From Gaiellaceae bacterium (GTDB lineage Bacteria > Actinomycetota > Thermoleophilia > Gaiellales > Gaiellaceae), in the NCBI GenBank assembly GCA_036258155.1, contig DATAEF010000007.1, positions 16,250-80,249 of the forward strand: 64,000 nucleotides of DNA, written 5' to 3'. The translations under genes were made by a program, and so were the position numbers. Shown here piece after piece: positions 46,106 through 56,382 of this stretch; within the stretch, counting starts at the first letter, position 1; each line of letters begins with the position of its first letter. The notes beneath the pieces are model-generated. The model was not told the DNA's origin. It saw only the letters and a list, made by a program, of their open reading frames with translations, and ran no database searches.

Positions 46106-47040
46106 TGCTGCTGCACCCGCATGAACGTCGTGTAGATGACGACGAAGAGGGCGATGATGAAGAAGATTCCGACGCTGATGGCGGCGCCGTAGCCGACGTC
46201 GCCGGCCGAGACGATCGTGTTCTGCGCGTAGATCGCCATCGTCTGCGTGTCCAGGCGCGAGCCGAAGAACACGTAGAAGACGTCGAACACGCGCAGCGCG
46301 TCGAGCGTGCGGAAGATCACGGTGACGAGGATCGCGGGCATGAGCAGCGGGAGCGTGATCCGCCAGTACTGGCGCCACTTGCTGACGCCGTCGACGTCGG
46401 CGGCTTCGTACAACTCGTGCGGGATGACCTGCAGCCCCGCGAGCAGCAGCAGCGCCACGAACGGCGTCGTCTTCCAGATGTCGACGGCGGAGACCGCCCA
46501 CAGCGCCGTACTGCCCTGCGAGATCCACGCGACTGGGTGGTCGACGATGTGCAACCGCACGAGCGCGTCGTTGATGACGCCGAACACGTCGTCGTACATC
46601 CACTTCCACATCTGGGCAGCGACGACCGTAGGGATCGCCCAGGGAATCAGCATCATCGCGCGCATTACGCCCCGGCCCCGGAAGCCCGAATTCACGGCGA
46701 GCGCGATGATCATCCCCAGTACGAGCTCGATCGAGACGGTGACGACCGTGAACTTCACGGTGACCCAGATGGCATCGCGGAAGACGGTGTCGTGGATCAG
46801 GTCGCGGTAGTTCTCGAGGCCCACGAACTCCGTGGGCTCGAGCCCGCCGAGGAACTGGCGGTTCGTGAAGCTGTCGTAGACCGTCTGGCCGAGCGGATAC
46901 AGGGCGACGAAGGCGACGAGCGCCAGAGCCGGCATGAGCATGAGCCAGGCGAGCCGTGTCTGCCGGCGCTGTAGCCTCGTCGAGCGCCGCCGGCGTGGCG
47001 GAGGGCGGCGCGGGCTGGTCGCATCGAGCGTGGTCATCAC
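46102..47040 (-). CDS. carbohydrate ABC transporter permease (MalF-like)
   Basis: LYEAADVDGVSKWRQYWRITLPLLMPA (EAA motif), six TM segments. Confidence 0.85.
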   Translation of the reverse strand: MMTTLDATSPRRPPPRRRRSTRLQRRQTRLAWLMLMPALALVAFVALYPLGQTVYDSFTNRQFLGGLEPTEFVGLENYRDLIHDTVFRDAIWVTVKFTVVTVSIELVLGMIIALAVNSGFRGRGVMRAMMLIPWAIPTVVAAQMWKWMYDDVFGVINDALVRLHIVDHPVAWISQGSTALWAVSAVDIWKTTPFVALLLLAGLQVIPHELYEAADVDGVSKWRQYWRITLPLLMPAILVTVIFRTLDALRVFDVFYVFFGSRLDTQTMAIYAQNTIVSAGDVGYGAAISVGIFFIIALFVVIYTTFMRVQQQ

Positions 47041-47084
47041 GGGGAAGCGATGGGGGGCTCTCGGCCCCCCATCGCTTGACGGTC

Positions 47085-48425
47085 CTACTTCAGCAGGCGG
47101 TTCAGCTGCTGCTCGATTCGCGGCAGGACGTCGTTCGCGTCCTGGCCGTTCAGGATCTGGTTGATGCCCTGATAGATGATCTGCGAGCCCTGCGCGTACT
47201 TGGCGCCGAGCACCGTTGACGGCCGCGCGACGCGCGCAACGTTCGCGATCTCGGGCTTGAGGTACGGATTGACCTTCCGCACAGCCGGGTCAGCGGCAAC
47301 GGCAGGGATGGTCGGCACGTTGGCGTTGAAGATCGCGCTGAACTTCTGCGCCGCGGCGCCCGTGATGTAGCGGACGAGCTCGATCGCGGCCCCCTGGTTC
47401 TTCGAGAACCTGGACACCCCGAGCTGCCAGCCGCCGACCGTCGCGACGGACGGGTTCCTGCCCGTGTGCGGCAGAACGGTGACGTTGAATTTGCCCTTGA
47501 TCGGTCCCGACTGGCTCTTCGAGTACGCATACGGCCAGTTGCGCATGAACGCGGCATTGCCGGCGCCGAACGCCTGGTCGGCCTCGCCCTCCTGGTACGT
47601 CGTCACGCCGCGCGGGGTGAGCTCGCCCACCCAGCTCCGCTGCAGGTTGAGGGCCGCAGCGGCCTTCGCGTTGTTGATCGTGACCTTGCCTCCGTCGATG
47701 AAGCGACCTCCCCCACTCGAGGCGATCCACTCGAGGGCGTCGCACGTGAGCCCTTCGTAGGCGTTCCCCTGGTAGACGAACCCGTAGAAGTTCGCGTTGG
47801 ACTGCTGCTCGCCGTCCTGGATCTTCTTAGCCATCGCGCCGAGCTGCGCCCACGTCTTCGGCGGCCCGCTGTACCCGTACTTCTTCAGCAGGTCGGTCCG
47901 GTAGTACAGGATCCCGAAGTCCCCGAACCACGGCATCGCGACCAGCTTGCCAGCGAAGGTGTCGTTCCTGATGATTCCCGGCGAGTGCTGCTTGGCCTCT
48001 TTCGCCAGCGCCCGCTTCAGGTCGATGAGGTACGGAGCGAACGCCCCCGGCCACAAGATGTCGAGCATGACGACGTCGAAGGCCGACGACTTGGCCGAGA
48101 ACGTCCGGGCCAGCTGCTGGTACGACGCATCCGATGCGACCGGATGCGGCACGAGCTTCACCTTGATGCCCGTGTCCTTGGAAAATTGCGCAACGAGCTT
48201 CACGTCGCGCGTGTGACTCGTACCGACGGGGCCGTCACCGAGGAACGTGATCGACGATCCCCCGTACTTTGCCTTGATGGCGGCCGCATTCGCGACCTTC
48301 GGCGGCTTGACGGCTTGCGTCGTGCCGGCGCTTCCTGCCGCGGCGATGGTGAGCGCGGCTACCAGGGCCAACGCCGCCATCAGCCCTGTGATGACAAGGA
48401 CTCTTCGATTCTTCACTGCTCCCAC
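47085..48425 (-). CDS. ABC transporter extracellular sugar-binding protein
   Basis: N-terminal signal/anchor VLVITGLMAALALVAALTIAAAGSAG. It is of family-1 solute-binding size and is the first gene of the permease operon. Confidence 0.85.
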   Translation of the reverse strand: MGAVKNRRVLVITGLMAALALVAALTIAAAGSAGTTQAVKPPKVANAAAIKAKYGGSSITFLGDGPVGTSHTRDVKLVAQFSKDTGIKVKLVPHPVASDASYQQLARTFSAKSSAFDVVMLDILWPGAFAPYLIDLKRALAKEAKQHSPGIIRNDTFAGKLVAMPWFGDFGILYYRTDLLKKYGYSGPPKTWAQLGAMAKKIQDGEQQSNANFYGFVYQGNAYEGLTCDALEWIASSGGGRFIDGGKVTINNAKAAAALNLQRSWVGELTPRGVTTYQEGEADQAFGAGNAAFMRNWPYAYSKSQSGPIKGKFNVTVLPHTGRNPSVATVGGWQLGVSRFSKNQGAAIELVRYITGAAAQKFSAIFNANVPTIPAVAADPAVRKVNPYLKPEIANVARVARPSTVLGAKYAQGSQIIYQGINQILNGQDANDVLPRIEQQLNRLLK

Positions 48426-48577
48426 GTCCTTTCTCCCGAGTCGACGGCTATGCGTGCTTCGTCTTCAGGGAAGGATGTACCCGCCTGTCGATCGCACGGA
48501 ACCCATGCGCGATCGCCGAGCGACGACGGTTTCCCATCCATACTGCAGCTGGAACGTAGAACCAGGCCGGGCCGGTG

Positions 48578-49333
48578 TCAAGCAGCGGCCGACTGGAGAA
48601 GCCTCTCCACTCGCCCCAGCAGGGCTTCGACGCGATCCCGGTCGAGGCGGCCGTCGCCATGCCGCGCCGCGAGTGCTTCGGACACGAGCTCCTGATCGTC
48701 GAGGCTCGACCGAGCCCACGCGCCGGCCGCGGGCTTCGAAGACCAGGCACCCTCGGCCGCAAAGCGCCACGGGCGGCAAGCATTGAGAACGGCGTCATCG
48801 TCCCGCGCAACGCCCTCTTCGGCATGCCAGCGCACCGACTCGGACAGGGCGCGGAGCAGCACCGCTCGCGGGAGCGGCGCGAAGAGCTCGCGGGCTGAGG
48901 GCCCGAACAGCGCGTGACCGCGCTCGCGCAGGATCGCCCGGTCGATCACGTACCAGTACCGGGCGACGCTGCCCGGGTCAGTTGCCAACCGAAACGGCAT
49001 CTCCGGGCCGGTGTTCAGGTCCAGCTCGAAGCCCGCCCCTTCCACCGGCTCGCGCACACTCGACTCGGGGTAGAGAACGAACTCGAGCCGGCGCGCAGGG
49101 CATGGCAGGGACTCGTGACGGAGCGCGTCTCCGATCTCGGTCTTCAGATCGGGGGCGAGAGACGCACGGCATACAGCCGCGATGTCGAGATCGCTCCGGC
49201 CCGGGAAGTAGTCGCCGAGGGCGAACGAGCCGCCCACATAGACGCCGGCGAGCTCGGAGCCGAGGAGCGCTCGCAGGCGAGAAGCAAGCTCGCGATGGTA
49301 GGTGGCGGCTGCCCTGACCTCGGGCGATGGCAC
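48578..49333 (-). CDS. nucleotidyltransferase-domain protein (AadA/ANT-like with C-terminal helical domain)
   Basis: GVYVGGSFALGDYFPGRSDLDIAAV (GS...D.D NTase motif). The start was set to GTG 49333 to avoid the pyrG overlap. No substrate is implied. Confidence 0.55.
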   Translation of the reverse strand: MPSPEVRAAATYHRELASRLRALLGSELAGVYVGGSFALGDYFPGRSDLDIAAVCRASLAPDLKTEIGDALRHESLPCPARRLEFVLYPESSVREPVEGAGFELDLNTGPEMPFRLATDPGSVARYWYVIDRAILRERGHALFGPSARELFAPLPRAVLLRALSESVRWHAEEGVARDDDAVLNACRPWRFAAEGAWSSKPAAGAWARSSLDDQELVSEALAARHGDGRLDRDRVEALLGRVERLLQSAAA

Positions 49334-49347
49334 GGACTCACGGGAGC

Positions 49348-51030
<1,683 letters not shown>

Positions 51031-52662
51031 CTATCCCTCGCTCAAGGACGCGATGAACTCCGCGCCGCCGGCCATCCGCTCGAGCTCCTCGCGGCGGACG
51101 AGATCGTCGAGCTCCTCGATCCGCGTGTGCGTCGGGTCGCCCGGCACCTTCTCCACTCGAAAGTGGCGATCGGCCACGCTCGCAATCTGGGGGAGGTGCG
51201 TGATCGTCAACACCTGCGCCCGCTCGGCGAGCCGCTGGAGCGTCGAGGCAACCGCGTGCGCGGTGACGCCGCCGATCCCGGCGTCGATTTCGTCGAAGAC
51301 GAGCGTCTCGCCGCCGGCGACGGCGGCCAGGGCGAGCGCGATGCGCGAGAGCTCTCCACCGGACGCAGTCTCGGCGACGGGCGCGAACGGCAGCCCCGGG
51401 TTCGGCCGGACGAGAAAGACGACCTCGTCGGCCCCCGTCGCGCCGAGGTCCCGCTCGCGGAGCTCGGCGACGAACTTGCCCTCCCCCATGCCCAGCCCCT
51501 GGAGCTCGTCGGCGACGGCTTCGGCAAACGAACGGGCCTGTGAGCGGCGGACGGCGCGGAGCTCCTCGGCGAGGGCGCCGACCCGAGCCTCGGCCGCGGT
51601 GACGGCTTTGGCGGCCGCCTCGACCGGGTCGTGGCCCGCGGCGGTGTCCTCGAGTTCGGCGCGCGCCGCCTCCGCCCGCTCGAGCAGTGCCTCGTACGAC
51701 GAGGCGCCGAATCGACGCTCGAGATCGGCGATGCGCTCGAGGGTCGACTCGACCTCCTCGACGCGCGCGGGATCCGTCTCGAGCGACGCGAGAAACGCGT
51801 GCAGGTCGCTCCCGACCTCGCGCAGCCTGACGGCGACGTCTCGAAGCTCGTCGGCGGCCGCGGCGAGCTCGGGTGCGATCCGCTCGAGAGGCGCGAGCGC
51901 ACGCTCCGCCCGCGCCGCGAGCGAGGTCGCTCCTTCACCCTCGTCGGGTGCGATCGCGTTCGCCGCCTCCGCCGCTGCCTCCGCGAGCTGGGTGACGTGG
52001 CGAAGACGCTCCCGCTGGGTGCGCAGGCTCTCCTTGTCGTCTGCTCCGAGGCCCTCGGTTCCCTCGACGAGCGCTTCGAGCTCCGCGAGCCGCGCAGCCG
52101 TGGCACCGGCATCCCTCGTCAACTCGTGGTGGCGCCTGCGAGCAGCACCGAGATCGCGCCACGCCGTCGCCGCCTCGCGCCTTCGCTCGAGCTGGTCGTC
52201 TCCGCAGAACGCGTCGAGCACGTCGAGCTGGAAAGCCGGGCGCGCGAGCCGCCGCTGCTCGAACTGGCCGGACATCGCGATCAGGTGATCGGCCGCGGTG
52301 GCGACGTCCTCGCGCGCGACCGCACGGCCCCACGCATAGGCGCGAGTCCGCCCGTCGGCGAATACCCGGCGCGCGACCACGAGACCTGACTCGCCTTCGG
52401 GGCGCATCTCGGCGAGCGAGGCCAGCGCGTCGTCGTCGAAGAACCCGTCCGGCACGTCAAGCTCGGCTTCGACGTACGCCTCGGCCCCATCCACTCCCAC
52501 GGAGGAAACATCCGCCTTCGTGCCGAGGAGCAACCCGATGGCCTGTGCGAAGATCGTCTTCCCCGCCCCCGTCTCTCCCGTCACCGCGTTCAGGCCCCGA
52601 TCGAACGAGAGCTCCGCCTCGCGGATGAGGACGAGATTCTCGATCCGGAGCCTACGAAGCAA
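51031..52662 (-). CDS. recN: DNA repair protein RecN
   Basis: From TTG 52662: MLRRLRIENLVLIREAELSFDRGLNAVTGETGAGKT (Walker A). Long coiled coil. C-terminal ELSRIALALA...LVFDEIDAGIGG. Confidence 0.9.
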   Translation of the reverse strand: MLRRLRIENLVLIREAELSFDRGLNAVTGETGAGKTIFAQAIGLLLGTKADVSSVGVDGAEAYVEAELDVPDGFFDDDALASLAEMRPEGESGLVVARRVFADGRTRAYAWGRAVAREDVATAADHLIAMSGQFEQRRLARPAFQLDVLDAFCGDDQLERRREAATAWRDLGAARRRHHELTRDAGATAARLAELEALVEGTEGLGADDKESLRTQRERLRHVTQLAEAAAEAANAIAPDEGEGATSLAARAERALAPLERIAPELAAAADELRDVAVRLREVGSDLHAFLASLETDPARVEEVESTLERIADLERRFGASSYEALLERAEAARAELEDTAAGHDPVEAAAKAVTAAEARVGALAEELRAVRRSQARSFAEAVADELQGLGMGEGKFVAELRERDLGATGADEVVFLVRPNPGLPFAPVAETASGGELSRIALALAAVAGGETLVFDEIDAGIGGVTAHAVASTLQRLAERAQVLTITHLPQIASVADRHFRVEKVPGDPTHTRIEELDDLVRREELERMAGGAEFIASLSEG

Positions 52663-52685
52663 AGCGCCGACACCGGATAGGGGCA

Positions 52686-52716
52686 AGGAAAAGCCCCGCA
52701 AGAGGGCGCTTTTCCT
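52686..52716. terminator. strong hairpin just upstream of recN, at the left end of the nadK-recN insert
   Basis: AGGAAAAGC-CCCGCAAGAGGGC-GCTTTTCCT: a 9-bp outer stem plus an inner CCC/GGG pairing. A U-run lies within the 3' arm on either strand. Confidence 0.4.
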
Positions 52717-52742
52717 GGGACTTGTATTCGTTCATCGAGGGC

Positions 52743-52762
52743 GCAGTCAGGATTTAGTCAGG
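52743..52762 (+). repeat. left copy of an imperfect direct repeat bounding the nadK-recN insert
   Basis: GCAGTCAGGATTTAGTCAGG compared with GCAGTCGGG-TTTAGTCAGG at 54090-54108 (one mismatch, one gap). Confidence 0.45.
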
Positions 52763-52969
52763 AATCACCTACTAGGCGGACTCGATCTCAACATGGCTCA
52801 TCGACTCGCGTGGCGGCTCGCCGCCGTGGGCGACCATCGGTTGCTGTCCGAGTGTAGTGATGGAAGCGGCGCAACCGTGCGGACTCCTTGCCTTCGTGGC
52901 CTCGGTGTGAGACGCTCCGCTCCGCTGCGCTGAAATCGAACAGTTCGCAGACGCCTTCTCCCGCTACCT

Positions 52970-53040
52970 AAGCGTTAGGAGCGTTAGGAGCGAGTCTAGG
53001 AGCCATGCGGCACCTAACGCCCCTAACGCTCCTAACGCTT
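52970..53040. repeat. inverted arrays of a 9-bp unit (3 x AGCGTTAGG / 3 x CCTAACGC[C/T])
   Basis: AAGCGTTAGGAGCGTTAGG (52970-52988) is the perfect reverse complement of CCTAACGCTCCTAACGCTT (53022-53040). A third, degenerate unit lies on each inner side. Confidence 0.65.
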
Positions 53041-53179
53041 CAACCGGCGAGAACGACGTTCCGGTGATCGGTGACGAGGGCTTCGCGCAGCGCCTCCTCG
53101 ACGCTCTTCAGAACGGGCTGATGACGAAGCGCGAGGCCCAACAGGCACTCGCCGCTCACGAGTTCGTGAGGGCACGGCG

Positions 53180-53425
53180 ATGAGCGCGAATGGGCGCCCT
53201 CACCTCTCCGCCCGCGAGCTCGTGGTCGTTCTCGGTGCGCAGGCCCTCGTTGATGCCGGCGTGGCGTCCTGGGAATCGCCGTGGCGCCCGCGCAACCCTC
53301 GAGTCTTCGCGCTCTGTGCTCACGACCGGACGACGTTCTGGCGCAACAGCGGCGGTCGGCCGATTTGTGGAATCTGCCATCCGCCTGTCGGCTGTAACGT
53401 AACGGCGGAGGACGGCGCGTCGTGA
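53180..53425 (+). CDS. small Cys-containing hypothetical protein (81 aa)
   Basis: MSANGRPHLSARELVVVLGAQALVDAG...CAHDRTTFWRNSGGRPICGICHPP. The ATG overlaps the TGA of a possible 39-aa upstream ORF (53064-53183). Its own stop overlaps the next GTG (GTGA). Confidence 0.45.
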   Translation: MSANGRPHLSARELVVVLGAQALVDAGVASWESPWRPRNPRVFALCAHDRTTFWRNSGGRPICGICHPPVGCNVTAEDGAS

Positions 53426-53703
53426 GCGACCTCCGCGACCTCTTCGCCCCTGAGTTGGTCGAGGCTTTGGAGGACTTCGTGGACGAGCGCATCGCGGCAG
53501 CCCTCGGGGAACGCGAGAACGGCTCCGAGCCCTCCTGGTTGTCGATCGAGGAAGCCGCCGAGTATCTCCGCGTCAGCCCGAGCACGATCGCGCGAATGCT
53601 GAAGCAGGGCCGGGTTCGCTCATCGTATGTCGGGAGGCGTAGGCTCGTGCGCCGCTCCGACCTGGATCAGCAGGTAGTTGAGCGCTTGCCCAGGCGCGGA
53701 TGA
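53422..53703 (+). CDS. excisionase-type (HTH_17/MerR-like) helix-turn-helix DNA-binding protein
   Basis: WLSIEEAAEYLRVSPSTIARMLKQGRVRSSYVGRRRLVRRSDLD. This is the classic excisionase-family HTH pattern. Confidence 0.7.
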   Translation: MSDLRDLFAPELVEALEDFVDERIAAALGERENGSEPSWLSIEEAAEYLRVSPSTIARMLKQGRVRSSYVGRRRLVRRSDLDQQVVERLPRRG

Positions 53704-53743
53704 GAGCGCAACATGCTGGGTGAATCGATCGGAGGTGATGTGA

Positions 53744-54052
53744 GTGATCGTCTCGCTCGTTCGCTTTAAGTCGAGGCTCTCCGACGACGCCGTACAGGCA
53801 ATGTTCGAGGAACGGGCCGACAGCTACCGCAACGTGCCGGGCCTCGTGGAGAAGATCTATCTGCGCTTCCATGAGAGCGGGGAGTTTGGTGCGGTCTACG
53901 TCTGGGACTCGGAGAAGGCGCTGATGGACTTTCGGGAAACCGAGCTCGCCCGGACGATCCCGGACGCCTACCAGGTCGAGGAGGCACCGCTCGTCGAGCT
54001 CGCGGACGTCTGCCTGGTGATCCAGCCGGAGCCAGCCCGCGTTTCAGCGTAG
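53744..54052 (+). CDS. YdhR/ABM-like dimeric alpha-beta-barrel protein
   Basis: GGAGGTGA lies upstream of GTG 53744. MIVSLVRFKSRLSDDAVQAMFEERADSYRNVPGLVEKIYLRFHESGEFGAVYVWDSEKALMDF. Confidence 0.55.
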   Translation: MIVSLVRFKSRLSDDAVQAMFEERADSYRNVPGLVEKIYLRFHESGEFGAVYVWDSEKALMDFRETELARTIPDAYQVEEAPLVELADVCLVIQPEPARVSA

Positions 54053-54089
54053 ACAGGTGGTCGCGTTCTAGCCCTTCTCGTCTGGCTGA

Positions 54090-54215
54090 GCAGTCGGGTT
54101 TAGTCAGGTCGTTAGTCAGGTCGCAGCGACTGTTGCTGACTGATGCTGACAGTCTGATTTCCGCCGCAGTTCGGAACCGTGCCGGTTTGACGGCTCCTGA
54201 CGGCTGCTGACGGCT
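54090..54215. repeat. dense phased short repeats built on a GTCAGG / CTGAC core
   Basis: Three repeat sets. TTAGTCAGGTCG is perfectly duplicated in tandem (54100-54111, 54112-54123). TGCTGAC occurs twice, 10 nt apart (54134-54140, 54144-54150). [T/C/G]nTGACGGCT occurs three times with a 10-nt period (54187-54215). Confidence 0.65.
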
Positions 54216-54227
54216 CGTGGATTCCGC

Positions 54228-55088
54228 CTACGAAGCAAAGCTCTGGCGGTAGCGCCGCACGAAGGTCGCCTCCGGAAGGGTCGCGAGGAGCGAGCGCTCG
54301 GGCCCGATGCGGATCACGGCCCGGTCCGACTTGCCGAGCGTGGCGACACGATGGCCGTCGACGAGGACTCCCGCTTCGACGTCGTGTGTCCGGTTCCACA
54401 CGATCACGTCGGCGCTCGGCGGGATCACGAACGGCCGCGCGTGCAGCGAGTGCGCTGCGACATACGTGAGGGCCATCGCCTCCAGCCCCCACATCAGCAC
54501 CGGGCCCCCGTTCGAGAGGTTGTACGCGGTCGAGCCGGAGGGCGTCGAGCAGATGATCCCGTCGCACGGCTGACGACCCAGCTCCTCCCCGCCGACCGCG
54601 AGCTCGAGCTCGACCATGCGTCCGAGCGAGCCGCTTGCGACAACGGCGTCGTTGACCGCACGGCCCGTCCCGCCCGGGTGCTCGACCTCGAGAGTCGGCA
54701 ACTCGACGACCTCGTACTCGCCGGCGAACACTCGGGCCAGCCCCGCCTCGAGGTCGCGCCGCCCCATCGAGCTCAGGAAACCGACGCGCCCGAAGTTCAC
54801 ACCGACGACGGGCACGCCCGTCCCCAGGAACCGAGTGAGCGCCCGCAACACCGTCCCGTCGCCTCCCAGCACGACCGCGATGTCGACCGCCGCGGGATCG
54901 GCCGCCGGCTCGAGGCCGTGCTTCTCCCCCTCGTCCGGTGGGAAGAGGAGGTCCACGCCGTGCTCGGCCGCGACCGCTTGTAGCCGGGCGAGGCCCGCGC
55001 CGATCTGACCCGGCTTGCCGTGCGTCACGACCGCGGCTCTCGTGACCGATCTAGCCAACGGCCTCGGCGATCCAGCGGTCGATGTCAT
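54228..55088 (-). CDS. nadK: NAD kinase
   Basis: DIAVVLGGDGTVLRAL (GGDGT motif)...NFGRVGFLS...DGIICSTPSGSTAYNLSNGGP. The start is uncertain (55088 or TTG 55058). Confidence 0.88.
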   Translation of the reverse strand: MTSTAGSPRPLARSVTRAAVVTHGKPGQIGAGLARLQAVAAEHGVDLLFPPDEGEKHGLEPAADPAAVDIAVVLGGDGTVLRALTRFLGTGVPVVGVNFGRVGFLSSMGRRDLEAGLARVFAGEYEVVELPTLEVEHPGGTGRAVNDAVVASGSLGRMVELELAVGGEELGRQPCDGIICSTPSGSTAYNLSNGGPVLMWGLEAMALTYVAAHSLHARPFVIPPSADVIVWNRTHDVEAGVLVDGHRVATLGKSDRAVIRIGPERSLLATLPEATFVRRYRQSFAS

Positions 55089-55812
55089 CGGTGTGCGAGT
55101 GGGCCGCGCGGTTGACCAGGTGGACGAAGAACTCCCGATTCCCCTTCGGGCCGGGCAGTCCGGAGTCTACGACTCCGACCGTGTCGCCACCCCATTCACG
55201 TGCGGCTTCGATGACGTTCTCGAGGACCTTTCGTTGCACGTCGGGGTCCCGCACCACGCCCTTGCCCACGTCGGCGCGTCCCGCCTCGAACTGCGGCTTG
55301 ACGAGCACGAGGGCCTCCCAACCCGGCGCGGCGAGCGCGAGCACGGGCGGGAGCGCCTTCGAGACGCTGATGAAGGAGACGTCGCAGACGACGAGCTCGG
55401 GTGCGAACGGGAGCTCCGTCAGCGAGCGAGCGTTCGTTCGCTCGAGAACGGTGACGCGGGGATCCGCGCGAACGCGCGGGTGGAGCTGGCCGTAGCCGAC
55501 GTCGATGGCCGCGACACGCTTCGCTCCGGCCTGCAACAGGCAGTCGGTGAAGCCGCCCGTCGAGGCCCCGACGTCAGCGCAGTCGCGACCTTCGACGGAA
55601 ACGTGCAGCGAATCGAGCGCGCGCTGAAGCTTCTCGCCGCCACGCGACACGAACCGCGGAGGACGCTCGACCCGGAGCTCGGTGCCCTCGTCGAGCTGCT
55701 CACCCGGCTTGTCGTGCCCCAGCACCAGGCCGGCGAGAACCAGCGCCTGGGCCTGCGCGCGCGACTCCGCCAGCCCGCGCTCGACGAGCAGAACGTCGAC
55801 ACGCTTCTTCAC
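55051..55812 (-). CDS. tlyA: TlyA-family rRNA 2'-O-methyltransferase (S4 plus FtsJ-like domains)
   Basis: From GTG 55812: MKKRVDVLLVERGLAESRAQAQALVLAGLV...FVSRGGEKL...CADVGASTGGFTDCLLQAGAKRVAAIDVGYGQL. Confidence 0.85.
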   Translation of the reverse strand: MKKRVDVLLVERGLAESRAQAQALVLAGLVLGHDKPGEQLDEGTELRVERPPRFVSRGGEKLQRALDSLHVSVEGRDCADVGASTGGFTDCLLQAGAKRVAAIDVGYGQLHPRVRADPRVTVLERTNARSLTELPFAPELVVCDVSFISVSKALPPVLALAAPGWEALVLVKPQFEAGRADVGKGVVRDPDVQRKVLENVIEAAREWGGDTVGVVDSGLPGPKGNREFFVHLVNRAAHSHTDDIDRWIAEAVG

Positions 55813-56077
55813 GCGCCCGAGGCTACTGGACGGATGGCGAAGCGAGCCGCCGGCGACACCGAGAACGCCGCGAGCACGGTGTCGATCATGGGGACACGGG
55901 CAACGGAGACGCCGATCGGCGGTTGAACGACGCGCCCAGCGGGTACGGGACATTCATCGTCGCTCAACCTTTCACCGTCCCTTCACCCGACTGGGGGTAA
56001 ATAGGCATGCGGAATCCGCCGACTCCATGTGGTGCCGAAAGGACGCAAGCCCTGGGGGCCGAACTGGAGGTGAAGAT

Positions 56078-56320
56078 ATGCCAAGTTGGCTTACGCTCAT
56101 GATCATCGTGCTCGTGGGGGTCGCGCTGTTTGCGGACCTCCGGCGCAACGACGCCGACGAGTTGGCCGACGTCGTCGGGCGCAAGGAACACCCCAGGATC
56201 ACGCCGGACCCGCTCGTCCGCCCGAACGTCCGCGACGTTCTCGAGAACGGTCATCGCGGGACGGTGCCTCGCCCGCTCTCCACGCGGAGGGCCGGACAGG
56301 ACGTCCGCAAACTCCGCTGA
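56078..56320 (+). CDS. small membrane protein (80 aa), hypothetical
   Basis: GGAGGTGAAGAT lies upstream of the ATG. MPSWLTLMIIVLVGVALFADLRRNDADE... Confidence 0.45.
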   Translation: MPSWLTLMIIVLVGVALFADLRRNDADELADVVGRKEHPRITPDPLVRPNVRDVLENGHRGTVPRPLSTRRAGQDVRKLR

Positions 56321-56382
56321 GAACCTCTTCACGATGATCGCCCGACACGGTCGCTCACCGTGAAAGGGGTTCTAGGGCGCCT

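Noticed and set aside
52936-52949. Palindrome TCGAACAGTTCGCA inside the nadK-recN insert, considered as a recN SOS box.
   Set aside because: The half-sites GAAC and GTTC are separated by 1 nt rather than the 4 nt required by the LexA consensus seen at imuB. I also found no GAAC-N4-GTTC between 52663 and 52760.
52700-52970. tRNA or tmRNA gene as an integration target at the edge of the nadK-recN insert.
   Set aside because: I found no T-loop-like GGTTCGAATCC motif or cloverleaf-compatible stems by eye. The flanking genes are protein-coding, and the boundary repeat lies in intergenic DNA.
53040-53585. Track ORF 53040..53585 (-), 181 aa, inside the insert.
   Set aside because: Most of it is Arg/Ser-rich and antisense to the coupled plus-strand small-ORF/HTH operon, which has a clear HTH motif and ATGA/GTGA overlaps. 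GC3 does not discriminate for the last 40 codons, so a short minus-strand gene there cannot be fully excluded.
52970-54215. Short tandem repeat blocks considered as a degenerate CRISPR array.
   Set aside because: The units are 9-12 nt with no spacers of CRISPR size, there are only two to three copies per block, and no cas genes are present.
55813-56077. Structured RNA or riboswitch in the 265-bp region upstream of tlyA and of the small membrane ORF. It contains GGAATCCGCCGACTCC and CCGAAAGG.
   Set aside because: The resemblance to ydaO fragments is superficial and no complete conserved block is present. I treated it as an ordinary divergent promoter region.
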